Of a DNA stretch of 64,000 nucleotides, positions 36,812 to 47,311 are shown in pieces (within the stretch, counting starts at the first letter, position 1; every line of letters starts with the position of its first letter). The position numbers and the translations under genes were made by a program. The stretch covers positions 30,723 through 94,722 of the forward strand of contig JBAZXK010000002.1 of the NCBI GenBank assembly GCA_041659905.1, in the 5' to 3' direction. The notes under the pieces were generated by a model that did no database searches, was not told where the DNA came from, and saw only the letters and a program-made list of their open reading frames with translations. This stretch comes from Patescibacteria group bacterium (GTDB taxonomy: Bacteria > Patescibacteriota > Kazan-3B-28 > UBA10110).

Positions 36812-39800
36812 CTAGGCTAACACTGTCTCGAGCTCTTGTTCGAGCTCTTTAACTTGGGCAGTTTTTGTCGTCGTCTTGAGTTTTTGCCACTGCCCTTGGG
36901 CAAAAACTTCTAACTCTACGTTAACCCCGCCGGGATATTTTTCCAATATTCCTTTCAGGGTCTTTAATTTCTCTCCATCAAAACCGCGCGGGACTTTAAT
37001 TAATAGATTATCCCCTCTAAATTGAAACGGGCGTAGAGTTGGGACCGGTATTTCGGTAATTAAAGGTGTTTGCAATAATTGAGCCAGATATTCATCAGTA
37101 ATTTCTACCAGACTATCCGCCACCAATTTAGCTTCGCTATGAACAATCAATTCGTCCCCTTCTTCCGACACTCGATCCTTAACATTGACTTTGCCTTCGA
37201 CTAATAAAATCTTGTCTGTCTTCAACAACTCTCCGTGACTATTCATCAGGTTCGGAAAAATAATAACTTCCAGGCTGCCGCTTAATTCTTCCAATCGCAT
37301 AAAAGCCATCGGCTCGCGATTGCGCGTATTCACTTTTTGTACTTTAGTAACAATTCCCGCCACTTTGATTTTTTTATTGTCCGAAGAATTGTTTAAAGAA
37401 TTTATTTCCTTGAATCTGCCTTTTAGCTTAGGCATCATTTCTTTTAAGGGGTGTTTGGACACAAAGGTGCCCAAGAGTTCTTTTTCCCAAGCCAGTCTTT
37501 CTCTTTCGGTAGATAATTCGCTGTCTCGCAAACTGAAAGTGGGTTTTTGCATTATTTCTTCCCCAAAAATACCGATCTGATTTAGGCTGTGATCTTTATG
37601 CACACTGCTCACAAAATCTACCATGGTGTCCACATTATTGAGCAATTGTTTGCGGTCACCAAAATCTTCTAAAGCCCCGGCTTTAGCTAATGACTCTAAA
37701 ACTTTTTTGTTTAAGCCTTCTTTGGGCACGCGCGTGAGAAAATCAGTTAAACTAGCATAACCACCCTTCTGTTGACGCTCTTCCTCAATAATTTCCGAGA
37801 CTTTGCGACCAACATTTTTAATCACATTGAGCCCAAACCGGATATTGCCAGTTTCTTTCACTACCGCAAAATCTATAAAGCTTTCATTCACTGACGGTGG
37901 CAACACTTTAATGCCGAAGCGCTCGGCTTCCGCAATATCTTTAGCCACTTTGTCTAAATCAGTTTGGTCGGAAGTGAGCAAGGCCGCTAAGAATTCATTG
38001 GGATAATGCACTTTTAGATAAGCGGTCCAATAAGCAATCACTGCGTAAGAGGCCGCGTGCGCTTTGTTGAAACCATAATCGGCAAACGGCTTCACGAATT
38101 CAAACAACTGCTCGGCAACTTTGTGATCAATGCCATTATCCACAGCTCCTTTAACAAACTTCATCTGCTGTTCAAACAACATCTCTTTTTTCTTTTTGCC
38201 GATCGCCTTGCGCAACACATCAGCTTCTCCCAAACTAAACCCACACAGATCTCGAGCAATTTGTAATACCTGTTCCTGATATACAGCAATCCCATAAGTT
38301 GCTTTGAGAATCGGTTCCAACTTAGGATGTAAATACTCAATTTTTTTCCGCCCATGCTTCCGATCAATAAAATCCGGGATGAGCGATATGGGGCCGGGCC
38401 GGTACAGCGCTACCATAGCAATTAAGTCACCCAAAACGGAAGGCTTTAATTCTTGAAGATTACGCCGCATCCCTTCACTTTCAAATTGGAATACACCCAC
38501 GGTTTCACCGCGGCTTAATAAATTATAGGTAGCCGCGTCATTGAATAGGATTTGTTCAATAATAATATGTTCTTCTCTGGTCTTCCGAATAATACGCAAA
38601 GCATTTTTGATAATAGTGAGGTTCTTTAATCCCAAAAAATCAATTTTCAAAAGCCCGAGTTTTTCAATGGGCCCCATCGAGTATTGGGTAACTAAGGACA
38701 CTTCCCCTTTCACGGCTCTCTGTAAAGGGGCGTAATTAACCAGTTCCTTGTCCCCAATTACCACTCCCGCCGCATGTGTAGAAGTATGTCGCACTACTCC
38801 TTCTAGCTTCTTGGATAGATCAATTAAGCGCTTTATTTTCGGGTCCGCATTATAAAGTTTTTTTAGTTCATCGACTGCCGCCACGGCTTCGTCCAAGCTT
38901 AAACCAAACGGAATCAACTTAGCAATATGATCAACGTCGTTATAAACAAACCCCAATACCCGTCCGGTGTCCCGGATGGCCGCTCGTGAGGCCATAGTAC
39001 CAAAAGTAACAATTTGCGCCACGCGATTTTCACCATATTTTTCCACCACATAGCGGATAACTTCCTCCCGTCTGTCATCGGCAAAATCGATATCAAAATC
39101 TGGCATGCTGATACGTTCCGGATTTAAGAACCGTTCGAAAAATAAACCATATTCCAACGGGTTGAGGTCGGTAATATACAGCACATACGACACCATGCTG
39201 GCCGCTCCGCTTCCTCGTCCCGGACCCACTACCACGCCATGGTCCCTGGCCCACCTGATTAAGTCTTCGACTACCAAAAAATATGATTCGTAATTCATTT
39301 GATTGATCACGCCCAACTCGTACGTAATGCGATCTAAAATATCCTGAGTAGGATGATCGCCAAATCTTTTATTAATACCGATTCTCACTAATTTATCCAG
39401 ATACTCTTTGTCGGAGGTTTCGCCGGAAGGTAAATCAAATTTTGGTAGAATGATTTTCCCTAATTCTAATTTCACATTGCATTTCTCGGCAATTTTTTCT
39501 GTATTCTCAACTGCTTCCGGTACATCCAAAAAGGCTGCTTTAACCACGTCGGGATGTTTAAAATCAAACACATCGGCATGCATATTAAAACGGTTTTCAT
39601 CGGCCAGCAGCGCCCCTGTTTGCACACACAGAAGCACATCTTGCGCCTCAGCATCTTCCGGCCGCAGATAATGCGCATCACAAGTAGCTACCAGCGGGAT
39701 GTGCAACTCTTTGGCAATAGTCTTGATGGCCGCATTGGCTTTAATTTGTTCGGGCATACTAAATGGCATCACTTCCAGGTAATAATCTTCACCAAACAGA

Positions 39801-40285
39801 CCTTTGTGCCACTGGGCAATCTTCTTAGCATCTTCTAACCGATCTTCTAAAATAGCCTGGGAAACTTCTCCGGCCAGGCACCCTGACATAGCCACTAACC
39901 CTTCCGCATGTTGCGCCAAAAAATCATGGTCAATCCGGGGACGGTAATAATAGCCATCGACATGGGCTTTGGTAGTGATAGTTAGAAGATTGAGATAGCC
40001 AGTGTAGTTTTTGGCCAGGAGAGTGAGATGAAAATAACCTTTTCTGCCTGGAGTAGCAACTTTCTCTTCCAAACTTCCTTTAGCCATATAAACCTCGCAA
40101 CCCAAAATTGGCTTGATCCCGGCTTTTTGGCATTCCATATAAAACTCGATAATGCCATACATCACCCCGTGATCGGTCAATGCCAAAGCCGTGGCGCCTT
40201 GGGCTTTCGCAGCAGCTACCAAATCTGGAATCTTAGTTAAGCCATCCAGTAGGCTGTAATGACTGTGTACATGTAAATGGATCAA
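36812..40285 (-). CDS. dnaE: DNA polymerase III alpha subunit
   Basis: HLHVHSHYSLLDG PHP domain, GRGSGA, PDFDIDF, KIDFLGL and FNKAHA. Confidence 0.97.
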   Translation of the reverse strand: MIHLHVHSHYSLLDGLTKIPDLVAAAKAQGATALALTDHGVMYGIIEFYMECQKAGIKPILGCEVYMAKGSLEEKVATPGRKGYFHLTLLAKNYTGYLNLLTITTKAHVDGYYYRPRIDHDFLAQHAEGLVAMSGCLAGEVSQAILEDRLEDAKKIAQWHKGLFGEDYYLEVMPFSMPEQIKANAAIKTIAKELHIPLVATCDAHYLRPEDAEAQDVLLCVQTGALLADENRFNMHADVFDFKHPDVVKAAFLDVPEAVENTEKIAEKCNVKLELGKIILPKFDLPSGETSDKEYLDKLVRIGINKRFGDHPTQDILDRITYELGVINQMNYESYFLVVEDLIRWARDHGVVVGPGRGSGAASMVSYVLYITDLNPLEYGLFFERFLNPERISMPDFDIDFADDRREEVIRYVVEKYGENRVAQIVTFGTMASRAAIRDTGRVLGFVYNDVDHIAKLIPFGLSLDEAVAAVDELKKLYNADPKIKRLIDLSKKLEGVVRHTSTHAAGVVIGDKELVNYAPLQRAVKGEVSLVTQYSMGPIEKLGLLKIDFLGLKNLTIIKNALRIIRKTREEHIIIEQILFNDAATYNLLSRGETVGVFQFESEGMRRNLQELKPSVLGDLIAMVALYRPGPISLIPDFIDRKHGRKKIEYLHPKLEPILKATYGIAVYQEQVLQIARDLCGFSLGEADVLRKAIGKKKKEMLFEQQMKFVKGAVDNGIDHKVAEQLFEFVKPFADYGFNKAHAASYAVIAYWTAYLKVHYPNEFLAALLTSDQTDLDKVAKDIAEAERFGIKVLPPSVNESFIDFAVVKETGNIRFGLNVIKNVGRKVSEIIEEERQQKGGYASLTDFLTRVPKEGLNKKVLESLAKAGALEDFGDRKQLLNNVDTMVDFVSSVHKDHSLNQIGIFGEEIMQKPTFSLRDSELSTERERLAWEKELLGTFVSKHPLKEMMPKLKGRFKEINSLNNSSDNKKIKVAGIVTKVQKVNTRNREPMAFMRLEELSGSLEVIIFPNLMNSHGELLKTDKILLVEGKVNVKDRVSEEGDELIVHSEAKLVADSLVEITDEYLAQLLQTPLITEIPVPTLRPFQFRGDNLLIKVPRGFDGEKLKTLKGILEKYPGGVNVELEVFAQGQWQKLKTTTKTAQVKELEQELETVLA

Positions 40286-40353
40286 TTTTCCTCCTACCCT
40301 AAAACTACGCTCCGACGTACTTTTTATTCTAACAAATTAATCACTTCTCCGCC

Positions 40354-41001
40354 CTACCGCTTGCGCCGCTCAAAGAATAACCAGCTAACCAAAACAACAA
40401 CTAAGATTGCCCCTAAAACAATGACAAATCCCCAAGCCCAAGTAAGAATAAACTGGGTAATCCCCACGGCAATACCAACTAAATATTGGCCCCAAGTTGT
40501 TCCGGACAAAAACCAAACCCCGATCAAAAAAATCAGGATACCCAGAAAGATATCCCGAATTAAATGTGGATGTGATTCGCTAAAATAGACCAGCTCGTTA
40601 ATAAATACCTGCCAACTGCTTTTCTCGCGATAATCTTTGCCCATCATATCCAAGATGGATCGAAGATAGATAGCCGTAGCCTCTTGGGCTGTTTTTAAAT
40701 CCGTGAAAAATCCTGGTACTTCTACAATATCCTCGTAAACTTTGCGTGCTTCCAACAATCCTTTCATATTCGAGAAAAGATTGGCTGAATTTTGGATTGC
40801 CTCATTCACCGTTTCGCCAAAACTAATAATCCCCAACACCTCCCGAAATAGTTTATCGGCTTCCACTATCGCCATATTTAAGGAAGCTTGGTGTTTCTGA
40901 GCCAACAATTTCTCGATGCGATCCCACTCTTTCTCGATAATTATTTCTTCTTGTTCAATCTCTTGTTCGGGAGAGGATTGATCTATGATGTCGTCTTCCA
41001 T
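40354..41001 (-). CDS. hypothetical membrane protein
   Basis: AIVEADKLF motif and two C-terminal TM helices. Confidence 0.7.
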   Translation of the reverse strand: MEDDIIDQSSPEQEIEQEEIIIEKEWDRIEKLLAQKHQASLNMAIVEADKLFREVLGIISFGETVNEAIQNSANLFSNMKGLLEARKVYEDIVEVPGFFTDLKTAQEATAIYLRSILDMMGKDYREKSSWQVFINELVYFSESHPHLIRDIFLGILIFLIGVWFLSGTTWGQYLVGIAVGITQFILTWAWGFVIVLGAILVVVLVSWLFFERRKR

Positions 41002-41003
41002 GT

Positions 41004-43445
41004 TTAGTAGAAATTAATAATTTTATCCGGTACAAACTTATACTGCGACTTTTCTGCAAAACCAGCCAGTTTAGCGTCTTGCTTGAGTAAGTTGATCACC
41101 ACGGCTTCATCGGCTCCCGCAGGAACCTCCAGACTCCCCCGTTTTTTCCCTTGTTCTTGGACAATGATAATCACTTTATCTAACTTGGCCTTAGCCGGGT
41201 CTGCTCCGGGCCATTTAGCCTTAAATACGCTATCTGGTTTCTTTAGTATGTTTTGCCAGAGTTCCTCCGCCAAATGCGGTGCAAACGGGGCTAGTAAAAT
41301 TACAAAGTCTTCTAGCCAATTAGTACTTGCACCATCTTCGATAGCACTATTCACAAAGATCATAAAAGCGCTCACCGCTGTATTGAAATGAAATTCTTCG
41401 ATATCACCGGTAATTTTTATGATCAGACGATGGAGGTCGCCCTCTTTGCTATTATCTTGAGATAATTTTACCCTTTCCTGGACTAAGCGGTAAACCCGGT
41501 CTAGAAATTTCTTAATTCCCTCGATCCCGGCAGTGCTCCAGGGCTTGGCCTGGTCAAACGGACCCATAAACATTTCGTACATCCGGAGAGCATCAGCGCC
41601 AAATCCTTCCACCACTTCATCGGGATTTATCACATTGCCTTTAGATTTGCTCATTTTTTCGCCATTTTCCCCCAAAATCATGCCTTGATGGCGCAACTTT
41701 AAGAAAGGTTCATTAAAATCGATATAGCCCAGTTTATGTAAAACTTTGGTGATAAATCTGGCGAAAATTAAATGGCCCGTAGCGTGTTCCGCTCCTCCCA
41801 CATAAACATCCACCGGTAGCCAATGTGCGAGCTCCTCTTTGCCGGTAAACTCTTTGGCATTTTTAGGATCTGCGTAGCGCAAATAATACCACGACGAGCA
41901 CACGAAAGTGTCTAGGGTATCGTATTCGCGCCGTACCGCTTCCGGATATCCAACTGGCAGTTTTTTAAATGCTTCCGAATAAGTTAAAGGCGACTCTCCG
42001 GTCGGACGAAATTCCACATCAGTCGGGAGCATTACCGGTAAATCTTTCTCTTTAACAGGAATCGGCTGATCATTTTTGTCATACAGAATGGGAATGGGCG
42101 CTCCCCAATAGCGTTGACGGCTTATTAGCCAATCCCGCAACCGATATTTAACGGTAATCTTGCCTTGTCCTTTCTCTTCTAACCACTCCATAATTCTTTG
42201 AGTAGCTTCGTGGATAGGCAAACCATTAAGAAATTCTGAATTGATCATGGTTCCATTCTTTTCTTGTACTTGCTCGGCACGTTCAATAGGAGAAATATCG
42301 CCATCTGTACCTATAACAACACGCACAATAGGTAAATCGAATTCTTTAGCGAATTCAAAATCCCGCATATCGTGACCAGGAACACCCACTACAGCTCCGG
42401 TACCAAAGCCGGCTAAGACAAAATCAGAAACCCAGATCGGAAGACGTTTGTTATTAAGGTTATTGATCGCGAAGAAGCCCGTGAATACACCTGTTTTCTT
42501 TTTACCTTCTTCCAGACGCTCAAGTTCTGTTTTAGAAAGCGCTTGTTGATAATAATCTCGAACTGCCTGGACATATGATTCACCCTGAGGAATAATTTCC
42601 TCATCCATAACTTTTTTAACCAACGGGTGTTCGGGCGCTAACACTACAAATGTGGCGCCAAAGTTAGTATCTGGCCTAGTCGTAAAGCACACTATCGTTT
42701 CGTTGGTTCCTTCAATTGGATAGGTGATATCGATACCCTGTTTCTTTCCGATCCAATTGCGTTGAATTTCCTTGGTACTGTCTGGCCAATCCAATTTGTC
42801 TAATCCGTTTAACAAATCCTCGGCAAAATCAGTGATCTTAAAGAACCATTGTTTGCGTTTTTCTTGCACTACGGCGGTACCGCAGCGCTCGCAGCAGCCC
42901 CCCACTACCTGCTCATTGGCCAGTACGGTTTTGTCATTCGGACACCAATTTACAAATGCTTCTTTTTGATAAGCTAAACCATTTTTATATAGTTCCAGAA
43001 ACAGCCATTGAGTCCATTTGTAATACTCGGGATCGGAGGTAACTACCTGTCGACTCCAATCATAAGAAAACCCGAGCATATTGAGCTGTTCTTTGAACCG
43101 TTGAATATTTTTAGCTGTATTTTCGGCTGGCGGAATGCCTTTTTTGATGGCCGCGTTTTCCGCCGGCAATCCAAAAGCATCAAACCCCATCGGATGTAAT
43201 ACATTAAAACCCTTCAGTCGATAATAGTGGCTGGTAATGTCGCTGGCGATATACCCTTCCGGATGTCCTACATGCAGACCCTCGCCGGAAGGATATGGAA
43301 ACATATCCAAAACATATTTTTTTTCGCCGGTTTCATTAGTCGCAAAAATTTTATGTTTTTCCCAATATGCCTGCCATTTGGCATCTAATTTTTGGTGATC
43401 GTATTTCTCTTTTATCTCTGCCATACTATTAAATAATACCCCCAT
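41004..43445 (-). CDS. leuS: leucine--tRNA ligase (start may be MAEIKE at 43424)
   Basis: MFPYPSGEGLHVGH, editing domain FTTRPDT, GGAEHA and KMSKS. Confidence 0.97.
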   Translation of the reverse strand: MGVLFNSMAEIKEKYDHQKLDAKWQAYWEKHKIFATNETGEKKYVLDMFPYPSGEGLHVGHPEGYIASDITSHYYRLKGFNVLHPMGFDAFGLPAENAAIKKGIPPAENTAKNIQRFKEQLNMLGFSYDWSRQVVTSDPEYYKWTQWLFLELYKNGLAYQKEAFVNWCPNDKTVLANEQVVGGCCERCGTAVVQEKRKQWFFKITDFAEDLLNGLDKLDWPDSTKEIQRNWIGKKQGIDITYPIEGTNETIVCFTTRPDTNFGATFVVLAPEHPLVKKVMDEEIIPQGESYVQAVRDYYQQALSKTELERLEEGKKKTGVFTGFFAINNLNNKRLPIWVSDFVLAGFGTGAVVGVPGHDMRDFEFAKEFDLPIVRVVIGTDGDISPIERAEQVQEKNGTMINSEFLNGLPIHEATQRIMEWLEEKGQGKITVKYRLRDWLISRQRYWGAPIPILYDKNDQPIPVKEKDLPVMLPTDVEFRPTGESPLTYSEAFKKLPVGYPEAVRREYDTLDTFVCSSWYYLRYADPKNAKEFTGKEELAHWLPVDVYVGGAEHATGHLIFARFITKVLHKLGYIDFNEPFLKLRHQGMILGENGEKMSKSKGNVINPDEVVEGFGADALRMYEMFMGPFDQAKPWSTAGIEGIKKFLDRVYRLVQERVKLSQDNSKEGDLHRLIIKITGDIEEFHFNTAVSAFMIFVNSAIEDGASTNWLEDFVILLAPFAPHLAEELWQNILKKPDSVFKAKWPGADPAKAKLDKVIIIVQEQGKKRGSLEVPAGADEAVVINLLKQDAKLAGFAEKSQYKFVPDKIINFY

Positions 43446-43491
43446 AGGAGCAGTTTAATTTTAACACAAACCTGATTCGGTGCTGGATGAT

Positions 43492-43520
43492 AAAAAACAA
43501 CCCCGCGAAATGCGGGGTTG
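43492..43520 (-). terminator. intrinsic terminator after purB
   Basis: CAACCCCGC-GAAAT-GCGGGGTTG with a U6 tract on the - strand. Confidence 0.85.
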
Positions 43521-43545
43521 GGTGGACTGTTTTAACCGAATGGGT

Positions 43546-44925
43546 TTAGGCGAGCAAGCGTTTCTGCCAATTGCGGCACACTTTTCCGGCTTTATCAGGA
43601 GCAATACCGATATATTGTGTGGGGTCAGAGATAATACTCCTCTGATGCTGTGTCATATCTTTGAAATAAGGCTCCACTTCCGGATCAGCCAAAGCCACTG
43701 CCTCAAGTGTACTGCGGTTTTGTTGGGCGATGAGTGTGAGCTGTCTGACTTTTTCATGGGCATCAGGATGACCAAGATAAGACAGAATAATATAGAGCGG
43801 TTCGGCAGCGCCGAGGTTTCGGCTCATAGCTAAATTCCGATCCATATTCCCCTTATTCACTCGCATTTTCGCCATTGTGTTAGATAATCGATCGGCCATC
43901 GCAACTACATAGGCGATAGTTTCACCATTGATGCGAGCTGATGCTGAATTGGTGAGATCTCGCTGGTGTTCACTGATCTGATCCATAAACACAGTGATAA
44001 TCCGAGCCACCACAATTTTCCAACAGCTCTTTACATTCTCGAAATTGATGGGATTCTGCTTTTGAGGCATAGTTGATGACCCAACCTGATCGCTTTGGAA
44101 CTCTTCACCGATTTCACCAATTTCGGAACGTTGGAGGTGGCGCATGTCATCAGACAGATTAGCCATAATGCCGGCAGCAATAGTGACTTCGGTCATGAGA
44201 CGAATTAAGCCCTCTGGAGGCACCACCTGAGTGGAGCACTCCGCTGGCAATAAGTCCATTTCCGCCAACACCTCGGTCTCAAATTGTTCTGGATCATCGA
44301 AAAATAATCCAGATGCATTGTAGGCCCCGACTGCTCCAGAGAACTTCCCTCTCAACGCTTTGGCTCGATCTTTTAACATCTCTATACACTCGCCTAAACG
44401 AGAGACATAGGACGTAATAGCAAAGCCAAAGGTAATCGGGTTGGCATGTTGGCCGTGAGTCCGGCCGATTTGGCGAACATTAGCGGTTTCCAGCGCTAAA
44501 GTCATCAGCACCTGCTCAAGTTTAACCAGAGATGGTACCAGCACATTCATGACTACGTCGCGATACCGAGCAGCATTAGCTGTGTCCGAGATATCAAACG
44601 AAGTAGCCGTCATGTGAACAAATCGTTTAATTGTATCAGCGATCCACTTCCGGATGCAGTTGACCAGTGCTCGAATGTCGTGACCAATTCGCTTTTCTTC
44701 AGCGTAAACATCTGGTGCAGTCACTTTGTCGCAAGCAGACTTAACCTGATCAACTGCTTCGGGAGGGCAGATCTTCCAGCGACAGAGTACCGTGATAAGA
44801 GCCAGTTCTACCAAAAGTTTATATTTGATAAAGGCTCTCTCAGACAGATATTCCGCCACCTTCTGTTTCCAATACCGATAATCGATCGGGGAAATATTGT
44901 CATATATGTCCCATTGACCGTCCAT
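43546..44925 (-). CDS. purB: adenylosuccinate lyase
   Basis: ISPIDYRY, HMTATSFD, GRTHGQHA and GSSTMPQKQNP signature. Confidence 0.92.
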   Translation of the reverse strand: MDGQWDIYDNISPIDYRYWKQKVAEYLSERAFIKYKLLVELALITVLCRWKICPPEAVDQVKSACDKVTAPDVYAEEKRIGHDIRALVNCIRKWIADTIKRFVHMTATSFDISDTANAARYRDVVMNVLVPSLVKLEQVLMTLALETANVRQIGRTHGQHANPITFGFAITSYVSRLGECIEMLKDRAKALRGKFSGAVGAYNASGLFFDDPEQFETEVLAEMDLLPAECSTQVVPPEGLIRLMTEVTIAAGIMANLSDDMRHLQRSEIGEIGEEFQSDQVGSSTMPQKQNPINFENVKSCWKIVVARIITVFMDQISEHQRDLTNSASARINGETIAYVVAMADRLSNTMAKMRVNKGNMDRNLAMSRNLGAAEPLYIILSYLGHPDAHEKVRQLTLIAQQNRSTLEAVALADPEVEPYFKDMTQHQRSIISDPTQYIGIAPDKAGKVCRNWQKRLLA

Positions 44926-45107
44926 AATGAATTCCTCCTCGGAATTTAATTTGAGTTAATTTGAAAAGGACACTACAGCCAATCTGGAGTAGTGATAGTT
45001 TATTATAGCAAACTCAGCGATGTCTTCTAGATATGCCGTTTGTCACAACTATTTTACAGGCCTCCTGGTAGAAAGGAATATTTCTTATTAAAAATGTCTT
45101 TTTTGTT

Positions 45108-45133
45108 GGTATCACAGTACGTACTGTGATACC
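45108..45133. repeat. perfect 26-bp palindrome
   Basis: GGTATCACAGTAC|GTACTGTGATACC. Confidence 0.85.
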
Positions 45134-45233
45134 GTAGGATAAATTCAACGGCTCACGAGTGAACCTCTCCCCGGCTCTCACCCGATACTTTCACCAAAAA
45201 CACAAAAAACTCCCTCACAGGAATTTTCCGTTT

Positions 45234-45310
<77 letters not shown>

Positions 45311-45327
45311 ATATGATAATTTTACTG

Positions 45328-45426
45328 GAGATCCTGAATCATAATTAGATCCTTCGACTCCGGAACGTCTGACGTTCCTCCGCTCAGGATGACAAAGCAA
45401 GGAAGACTTTGTCAGTTCAGGATGAC
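45328..45426. repeat. nested REP-like elements (inner copy 45347-45393)
   Basis: Outer GAGATCCTGAA...AGTTCAGGATGAC matches 22251-22277. Inner copy is a reverse-complement homolog of 23121-23163. Confidence 0.8.
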
Positions 45427-45484
45427 GGAGGGATCGTTCATACAATAGCTGACAATCTCTATCTTATCAAGCTATACTAGGGAT

Positions 45485-46840
45485 ATGAATATTTCTATTC
45501 AATTTCTAGGGGCTTGCGGCACTGTTACTGGCTCTAATTATTTGGTTACTTGTGGTGCGACTAAATTATTGGTGGATTGTGGGTTATTCCAAGGCGACTG
45601 GGAAAATCAACAGCGCAATTATCAACCTTTTGCCTTCAACCCCCAAGACATTGATTTTATGGTGCTCACTCATGCTCATTTAGACCATTGCGGGCGGATC
45701 CCTAAACTCTACCGCGAAGGCTTCCGGGGCAAGATTTATTGCACGCCAGCTACAGCTGATTTAGCTAAAATTATTTTGACGGATGCCGCCCAAATTCAAG
45801 AACACGGCGTCCGGGAAGACCAATTAGACATCTTGTTTAACCGCCAGGATGCCATTAATGCCATCAAGTTATTTCGTAAGTTAGATTACCGAACTGAATT
45901 TGAAATTAATCCCCAAGTCAAACTCTGTTTGCAGGATGCTGGACATATTTTGGGTTCCGCTATAGCGGAGCTTTGGCTAGAAGATAAAAAAATAGTTTTT
46001 TCCGGAGATCTCGGCAACAGTCCGGTGCCTATCTTGAATGACCCGGCCACTATTCCAGAAGCAAACTATGTTGTGTGCGAATCAACCTACGGAAATCGCC
46101 TGCACACTCCCATAGTTTCGCGGGAGGAAGACCTGCAAAATGCGGCTATTTTTGCCCAAAAGCATCACGCTCAAATTATTATTCCCGCTTTTGCTCTGGA
46201 GCGAACTCAGGATCTCTTGTACACTTTTAATCTTCTAAAAAACCAGGGAAGATTCCCTAATATCCCGGTGATTTTAGACAGTCCTTTAGCTACAGAAATT
46301 ACAGCGGTTTATAAAAAATATACTGATTTATTTGATCAAGACTTTCAGGCCTATCTTAAGACCGATCCCGATCTATTCGACTTTCCAAATTTCCGACTTA
46401 TTTCCACCAAAGAAGAATCGAAGCAGTTGAATAATTTACAAGAAGCGGCTGTAATTATCGCGGGATCCGGTATGGTCGATGCTGGCCGCGTACCGTATCA
46501 TATCGTGCATCACGCCAGTAATCCAGATAACCAAATTATCTTTACCGGCTATCAGGTCCCAGGCACGCCTGGACGCAAAATCTTAGATGGCGCCAAACAT
46601 ATCGAGTTGTACCATGAATTTGCCAACATTCGCGCCCGGGTGTTCGGCATCGAGTCATTTTCTTCACATGCTGACCAAAAAGGTTTGCTTACTTGGCTAA
46701 ATGGCTTTAAAACCCAGCCGACAGTGTTGATCACGCATGGCGATGACGATTCGCGGCAAATCTTGGCTACCAAAATCAGCCAGCAGCTTAAATTTAAGAA
46801 TCATCAGCCCCAGTTCCAAGAAACTTACGACCTAATCTAA
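45485..46840 (+). CDS. MBL-fold beta-CASP RNA-processing hydrolase
   Basis: VTGS, DCGLFQG, LTHAHLDHCG, AGHILGS, ESTYG and FSSHADQ. Confidence 0.93.
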   Translation: MNISIQFLGACGTVTGSNYLVTCGATKLLVDCGLFQGDWENQQRNYQPFAFNPQDIDFMVLTHAHLDHCGRIPKLYREGFRGKIYCTPATADLAKIILTDAAQIQEHGVREDQLDILFNRQDAINAIKLFRKLDYRTEFEINPQVKLCLQDAGHILGSAIAELWLEDKKIVFSGDLGNSPVPILNDPATIPEANYVVCESTYGNRLHTPIVSREEDLQNAAIFAQKHHAQIIIPAFALERTQDLLYTFNLLKNQGRFPNIPVILDSPLATEITAVYKKYTDLFDQDFQAYLKTDPDLFDFPNFRLISTKEESKQLNNLQEAAVIIAGSGMVDAGRVPYHIVHHASNPDNQIIFTGYQVPGTPGRKILDGAKHIELYHEFANIRARVFGIESFSSHADQKGLLTWLNGFKTQPTVLITHGDDDSRQILATKISQQLKFKNHQPQFQETYDLI

Positions 46841-46855
46841 CTGGCCGACTAGCAA

Positions 46856-47311
46856 TTAGAGCTTGATGTTTTTGGCAAACACCTCTACCCAGGGTAGGGA
46901 TTTTTCTTTGCCAGTTATAGCCCAATATACTCCCGCCACACTGACCACAGCGAACAATAACCAAATTAGTTTATACAGCCAAACTACCACTATGGCAGCT
47001 GGCATAGAAAATAGAGCGATTAAAAACGATTCGATCAACCAAAGAATAAACCAAGCAATCAATTCGGCAGCGAATAAAACCATTCCCCTTTTGATATGAA
47101 AGGCAACAAACGAATTATCTTTTTTGACAACCCAAGGCACTACAAATAATATTGAGAAGTAACTCAACGCCGCAAACACTTTAATATCCGCTTCAAGTGC
47201 TGTGTGGCTAGAATGAATAGGCGGAATAGCCGAAATCGGATCAACAGGAGTTGGTTCCTCTAGTGATGGCCCTGAAGGGGGCGAAGAAATATTATCTATA
47301 GTTTCATTCAT
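46856..47311 (-). CDS. DUF4870-like membrane protein
   Basis: AALSYFSILFVVP...FVAFHIKRG...LPWV. Confidence 0.75.
   Translation of the reverse strand: MNETIDNISSPPSGPSLEEPTPVDPISAIPPIHSSHTALEADIKVFAALSYFSILFVVPWVVKKDNSFVAFHIKRGMVLFAAELIAWFILWLIESFLIALFSMPAAIVVVWLYKLIWLLFAVVSVAGVYWAITGKEKSLPWVEVFAKNIKL

Noticed and set aside
36812-40285. Intein in DnaE
   Set aside because: Normal length, continuous motifs and no intein splice signatures seen.
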